A stretch of DNA of 56,118 nt, taken from contig CAXFCR010000003.1 of NCBI GenBank assembly GCA_964001325.1, positions 1 to 56,118 on the forward strand, read 5' to 3'. The notes beneath the pieces are model-generated. The model was not told the origin of the DNA and made no database searches. It saw only the letters and a program-made list of their open reading frames with translations. The position numbers were made by a program, and so were the translations under genes. The DNA comes from an uncultured Gammaproteobacteria bacterium (GTDB lineage: Bacteria > Pseudomonadota > Gammaproteobacteria > Enterobacterales > UBA3532). This document shows positions 52,045 through 56,118 of the stretch, piece by piece (position 1 is the first letter of the stretch; each line of letters opens with the position of its first letter).

Positions 52045-55000
52045 GTGCAGTTAAAGCGCCACCAAAGAATTTACCAATACCTATGGATAGCCCTGCTCTT
52101 AAGCCTATCCTTTCAGGTCACCCCCGCCACCAACAAAGCCACCACCCAGGGTCGGGTATTCGCCAAAGTCATGGTCTTTGACGACGAAGGGAACCCGATT
52201 TGGGCGGAATACGACACCGAAAACAGCACCGACGAAGGGGAAGCGCTGGTTAATGTCATAGGCCCGGCCACGGGCGAACTGGCGGCGGGGGAAGCCCGCG
52301 TCTACTCTGCTGAACTCTACCGCGCCTATCAAGCGCTCTACACCGCCTACCAAAACAGCAGCCAATACCCCGACGCCGAAGGCGCTGTGATGATGACGCG
52401 GGAAGAGTATGAAAATCACAGCTTTGAAACCGCCTTGGGCGACCCGATAGACGCCCCGGATCTGCAAGACGCCACCCACCAGGTACTGGTGCTCAATAAA
52501 AGTAAACTAACTAGCACCTCAAGCGAACGCTACGACGTCAGCGAGCAGGGCTACTTCTTATGGGATATCGAAGATGGCATCGAACTTATTCCCGATACCG
52601 ACTTCGGCGACGCCTTTGTCATGCCCGCTGAACTCTATCGCCAATACGCCGCCTTGCCCACCGACTCACCGGTATTAGACGCCTTTGATTTTGCGTTCAA
52701 TAGCAATATCAGCTCAAGCGCTAAGTACCTGCTGCTCAGCCAAAGTGGCACCATCCTGCACGAATCTGCGCAGCCGATTGAACTGCGGCGCAAAAGCGAG
52801 CCCACCAGCCCGATATTGATGGAAGTGCCCTTTATTCTGACCAACGAACAAGGCGAACTCTTCCCGCCACCGAATGAAGACACCGCCAGTATCCTGTTTA
52901 AAAAAGACGGTACCATCCATCAAAGCTCGAAGTTTAATATCGGCTTTCAAACGGCGGTTTATCAAGATAAAGACGACGCCTACCACAATACCGGCAAGCC
53001 CCATCTCGGGAAGGGCGACACCATCTTAGGCCCGGTTCGGGGCATGATGGTCGAAAACAGCGGGGCGCATCCCGGTATCACCCAAAGCATAACCGATGAA
53101 GACGGCCACTTTAAACTGCTACAAATCCTCACCTGTCCTGGCTTTGACTTTGAATACACCATCAGTTTAGTTTACAAACTGGATATTCAACGCTTTAACC
53201 CGTTTCGAGGGCGACATAACACCTTTATTTACAAACGCGGCATTGACTACCGTTGGTGTTGGGGCTCGCATGAACTATTGCTTGGTTCTGGCTCTTTGGC
53301 GGGAATGTCGGCCTACATGTCAGCCGTTGCTATCCTCGCCACCAATGCCGTACCTTACCGCTATAAATACGTCAACTTCTCCATGAACTACCTCTCCGGC
53401 TCCGCGTTTCTAAAGAACGTCGAAGTGGTAGCGGATGAAGAATTCCAGCGGCGTGAATACGACATCGAAGACAGCGACGACTTCCCGAGTGCCTTTGGCG
53501 AGAATAAGCACGACACCGTGCTGGTGCAATCCAACTTCGATTTGGATAATGACGACATCCCCGAATACACCGTGCGTGGTAACATCGTGGTGGTCGACAA
53601 CAACTACCACTTTGCTCCAGCAGCGGACGGCGACTACCAAGGCGTCTACCTCAGCTCGCTGCCCTTCACCGCACCGCCTGAGCCGGATGCCAGCGACGAA
53701 GACATCGACGCCTTCTTGCCCGACTACCCGCACCTACTAAAACGCATCGACAAAGCCACCGATTTACGCAACAAAGGCCTGCCCACCAAAATCAGTGTCG
53801 ACGACCTCAGCCACACCGACATCCTGCTCTTTCGCGAATCGGACGGCAGCCTTATCATGGAGCGCCAGGGCCTGCGCGATGACGAAGCGCCGCGTTATCA
53901 GCGCACCGGCGTTAGCGACAACGAAGACAACGCCCCAAGCGAAGAAGAAACCCAAGCCGACAACCCCGGCGATGACGAACTCGACCTCTCCTACGACAAC
54001 GGCCAGCGCTTCACCTTTAATGTTATCTTTGTCGACCCCGAAGGCTACCAGCACGCCACCTTCTTGCGTCGCAACTTCACCGACGAAGAATCCGCCAACG
54101 GGGTCAGCTCCTTCTCCATCTTTCAATCCGAAAGCTACTTCACCGACGACTACCAACAGCGCGATGCCGACCACCTGCGCCCGGGTGAATTTATCACCGT
54201 GGTCATCATCAACCGCGCCACCGGCTACCTCGCCACCCAACGACTGCAAATACGCAGCGCAGGCACCAACGAAAACAACACCAACCCGGACGATTTGTTT
54301 AACGACGACGAAGACCCCGCCCAGGTTATCGAAGGGGAAAACACCCCACGCACCCAGGCCAGCCTGTTGTTATCCAACGTCATGCTCGAACCGCCCAACC
54401 TCAAAATCCAGGTCGAACGCCAAGTCAGCGTCGAGCATGGCCTGACCGCCTCGGATGACAGCAAACGCTACACCGTTGGCTACGAAGGCGCCGCCACCAC
54501 CCAGGATGACGCCATCATCATCAAAACCGCCTGGTTCGATCAAGACGGCAGCATGCTGCCCAAGGGCCTGGAAGACTACGGCTTTACCGGGCGCATCGCC
54601 AAAGTCGAAGAGCTGGCCGGTGGCACCAGCCAAATCAGCCACTTCAACATCGAGCCGGGCGCCCACACCGAAGTGCTGCGGCTGCAAGGGGCGGATATTG
54701 GCAAAAACCGCTACTACATCCACGTTAATGGCTTCTACGAAGGCCATAATGTCACCCCCAGCTTTGGTGAGCTGGCCGACAAATTCCTGCCCGATGGCAA
54801 CCAAAGCGACACCTCGCCATTCAAATACCGCCCAGAAAGCTTCGTCCCGTTTAAAGTACCGGTATCGCTCGACTACAACGTGATTGAAGCGGAAAACAGC
54901 TACGCCGAGCTACGCCAGGACATTTTAGATGGGGATAACGACTTAACCCTCGACGACATCGGCGACACCCCGGCCCAACCCTACGCCTGGCTCTATCGCC

Positions 55001-56118
55001 CGGAAATGCAATTCTCCACCTACGATTTGGTCATCAATGAGGTCAACAAACAAACCCAATGGGGAGAGCAGCTTGACTTGATGGACCAACAAGCCCTGGA
55101 AGAGGCCGGGTTCAAAGGCCCGGTCATCAGCGCCCAAGGGGACGACTGGTTTCAGGTCGTCTACGACTTATTTGCCAGCGACAGCGAGCTGGCCCCACTG
55201 ATAGGCCCAGACAACCACGACCTGCTCTGGGGGCTATACGGTGAAGAAGTGCTCGCCACCTACGGCGAAGAGAATGTCGCCACCATGCACAATGTCGAAA
55301 TGCTGCAACACCTCGACACCACCGACTTACTCATCTTCCGGCTCTATCAAAACAACGACCCCTCCAACATCCTGTGGGAATTTGGGGTGCAGCGCTCACC
55401 GCTGGATATTCAGGGCTATGCTCGGCTAACCCAAAAACAGCAAGACAGCCTGGACAGCCCGGTGAATGAGGACGACATCAACCGCCCCGACGGTCACACC
55501 TTGCTTAGTCGGGCAAAAGGCGCCAACAAAACCTTAGACGTCTACCGTGAAGTTGACATGGCCAACGGCCAAGTCTGCTCAGTAGGCGGGGTTATCTTCT
55601 TTGAAACAAAAAAAGACATTACCGCCAAACTTGAACTCATCCCTATCAAACTGAGTAATGGCAGTAGCGCTGCGGCGGAACTCAGCGCCGACTCCGACTA
55701 TGAGCTGGTTGAAAGCGAGGCCCACGTCGTCTTTGAAAACAAAACCTATGCTGAGGGCATGCACAAAATCGGCATCCAGTATGACGACCTGCCCGATGCC
55801 CAAAATACCCAGCCAGGCAGTGATGGTCAATCGGGCAACAAACGCTACATCTATCGCCTCAGCGCCGAATGGACCACCGACAGTGGCGACACCTTCAACG
55901 ACATCGCCCAGGACTTTTTATCTTACGGCTACAAAACCTACGACAAACTGCCCATCGGCCAAACCCTGGTCAAAGGGGTCAACCTGTTCTCGGGCGACTA
56001 CACCCAAGGCAACACCGACATCGCCTTTGCTGGTCGTGGCCCGGCGCTGCGCTTTAGCCGCATCTACAGCTCCAGCCTGCCGGATATGGGCCCGATGGGC
56101 AACGGCTGGGGGCACAAC
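52045..56118 (+). CDS. rhs: N-terminal part of a large Rhs/YD-repeat protein (DUF6531-like domain at the window edge), 3'-truncated and absent from the ORF track
   Basis: Read by hand. AGGAAG RBS at 52033-52038, GTG at 52045, and frame 1 open to 56118 (1,358 codons). N-terminus MQLKRHQRIYQYLWIALLLSLSFQVTPA is signal-peptide-like. The last codons read LPIGQTLVKGVNLFSGDYTQGNTDIAFAGRGPALRFSRIYSSSLPDMGPMGNGWGHN, the VN..G......D....G....L.F.R.Y.S.....G..G.GW.H motif that opens Rhs cores. Confidence 0.85.
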   Translation, partial: MQLKRHQRIYQYLWIALLLSLSFQVTPATNKATTQGRVFAKVMVFDDEGNPIWAEYDTENSTDEGEALVNVIGPATGELAAGEARVYSAELYRAYQALYTAYQNSSQYPDAEGAVMMTREEYENHSFETALGDPIDAPDLQDATHQVLVLNKSKLTSTSSERYDVSEQGYFLWDIEDGIELIPDTDFGDAFVMPAELYRQYAALPTDSPVLDAFDFAFNSNISSSAKYLLLSQSGTILHESAQPIELRRKSEPTSPILMEVPFILTNEQGELFPPPNEDTASILFKKDGTIHQSSKFNIGFQTAVYQDKDDAYHNTGKPHLGKGDTILGPVRGMMVENSGAHPGITQSITDEDGHFKLLQILTCPGFDFEYTISLVYKLDIQRFNPFRGRHNTFIYKRGIDYRWCWGSHELLLGSGSLAGMSAYMSAVAILATNAVPYRYKYVNFSMNYLSGSAFLKNVEVVADEEFQRREYDIEDSDDFPSAFGENKHDTVLVQSNFDLDNDDIPEYTVRGNIVVVDNNYHFAPAADGDYQGVYLSSLPFTAPPEPDASDEDIDAFLPDYPHLLKRIDKATDLRNKGLPTKISVDDLSHTDILLFRESDGSLIMERQGLRDDEAPRYQRTGVSDNEDNAPSEEETQADNPGDDELDLSYDNGQRFTFNVIFVDPEGYQHATFLRRNFTDEESANGVSSFSIFQSESYFTDDYQQRDADHLRPGEFITVVIINRATGYLATQRLQIRSAGTNENNTNPDDLFNDDEDPAQVIEGENTPRTQASLLLSNVMLEPPNLKIQVERQVSVEHGLTASDDSKRYTVGYEGAATTQDDAIIIKTAWFDQDGSMLPKGLEDYGFTGRIAKVEELAGGTSQISHFNIEPGAHTEVLRLQGADIGKNRYYIHVNGFYEGHNVTPSFGELADKFLPDGNQSDTSPFKYRPESFVPFKVPVSLDYNVIEAENSYAELRQDILDGDNDLTLDDIGDTPAQPYAWLYRPEMQFSTYDLVINEVNKQTQWGEQLDLMDQQALEEAGFKGPVISAQGDDWFQVVYDLFASDSELAPLIGPDNHDLLWGLYGEEVLATYGEENVATMHNVEMLQHLDTTDLLIFRLYQNNDPSNILWEFGVQRSPLDIQGYARLTQKQQDSLDSPVNEDDINRPDGHTLLSRAKGANKTLDVYREVDMANGQVCSVGGVIFFETKKDITAKLELIPIKLSNGSSAAAELSADSDYELVESEAHVVFENKTYAEGMHKIGIQYDDLPDAQNTQPGSDGQSGNKRYIYRLSAEWTTDSGDTFNDIAQDFLSYGYKTYDKLPIGQTLVKGVNLFSGDYTQGNTDIAFAGRGPALRFSRIYSSSLPDMGPMGNGWGHN

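Noticed and set aside
52040-52054. ATG at 52040 as the Rhs start
   Set aside because: It reads ATG TCG TGC AGT TAA and is too close to the RBS. GTG 52045 is in the long open frame with a 6-nt spacing.
52105-56115. Track ORFs such as 53795..54445 (+), 54455..54883 (+), 53764..54249 (-) and 54370..54804 (-)
   Set aside because: The Thr/Pro/Ser-rich or Val/Gly-rich translations are by-products of the C-ending codon bias of the real frame-1 Rhs gene.
1-56118. CRISPR arrays, tRNA/rRNA, IS/transposase, integrase, intrinsic terminators
   Set aside because: None seen. The window is nearly all coding, and the intergenic gaps after 652 are at most 22 nt.

Overview
The window is almost entirely one co-oriented (+) and tightly packed operon of predicted exported proteins, probably from a Gram-negative bacterium. 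In order: (1) the 3' end of an unidentified upstream ORF; (2) a short intergenic region with a good sigma70-like promoter; (3) a ~42.5-kb uninterrupted ORF for a ~14,160-aa modular protein with a Sec signal peptide, a long Ig-like array, about seven [beta-propeller + Big_5 + 2x IPT/TIG] super-repeats, DxDxDG calcium-binding repeats, LamG and FG-GAP-like domains, and five C-terminal Cys/Gly-rich repeats; (4) a PpiC/parvulin-type PPIase lipoprotein; (5) a 2,678-aa exported protein with four MAM-like jelly-roll domains and three ~400-aa DxDxDG-FN3-FN3-Ig-Ig repeats; (6) a gene missing from the ORF track (GTG 52045, open to the window end, at least 1,358 codons) with a signal-peptide-like N-terminus, ending in the DUF6531-type motif that precedes Rhs/YD repeats. 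That last gene has visibly higher GC and C-ending codons. No T1SS, T5SS, T6SS, T9SS or sortase signals are visible. The locus looks like a Sec-routed giant scaffold + dedicated foldase + Rhs (putative toxin) system. All domain calls are by-eye motif recognition, not database searches. No RNA genes, CRISPR arrays or IS elements were seen.
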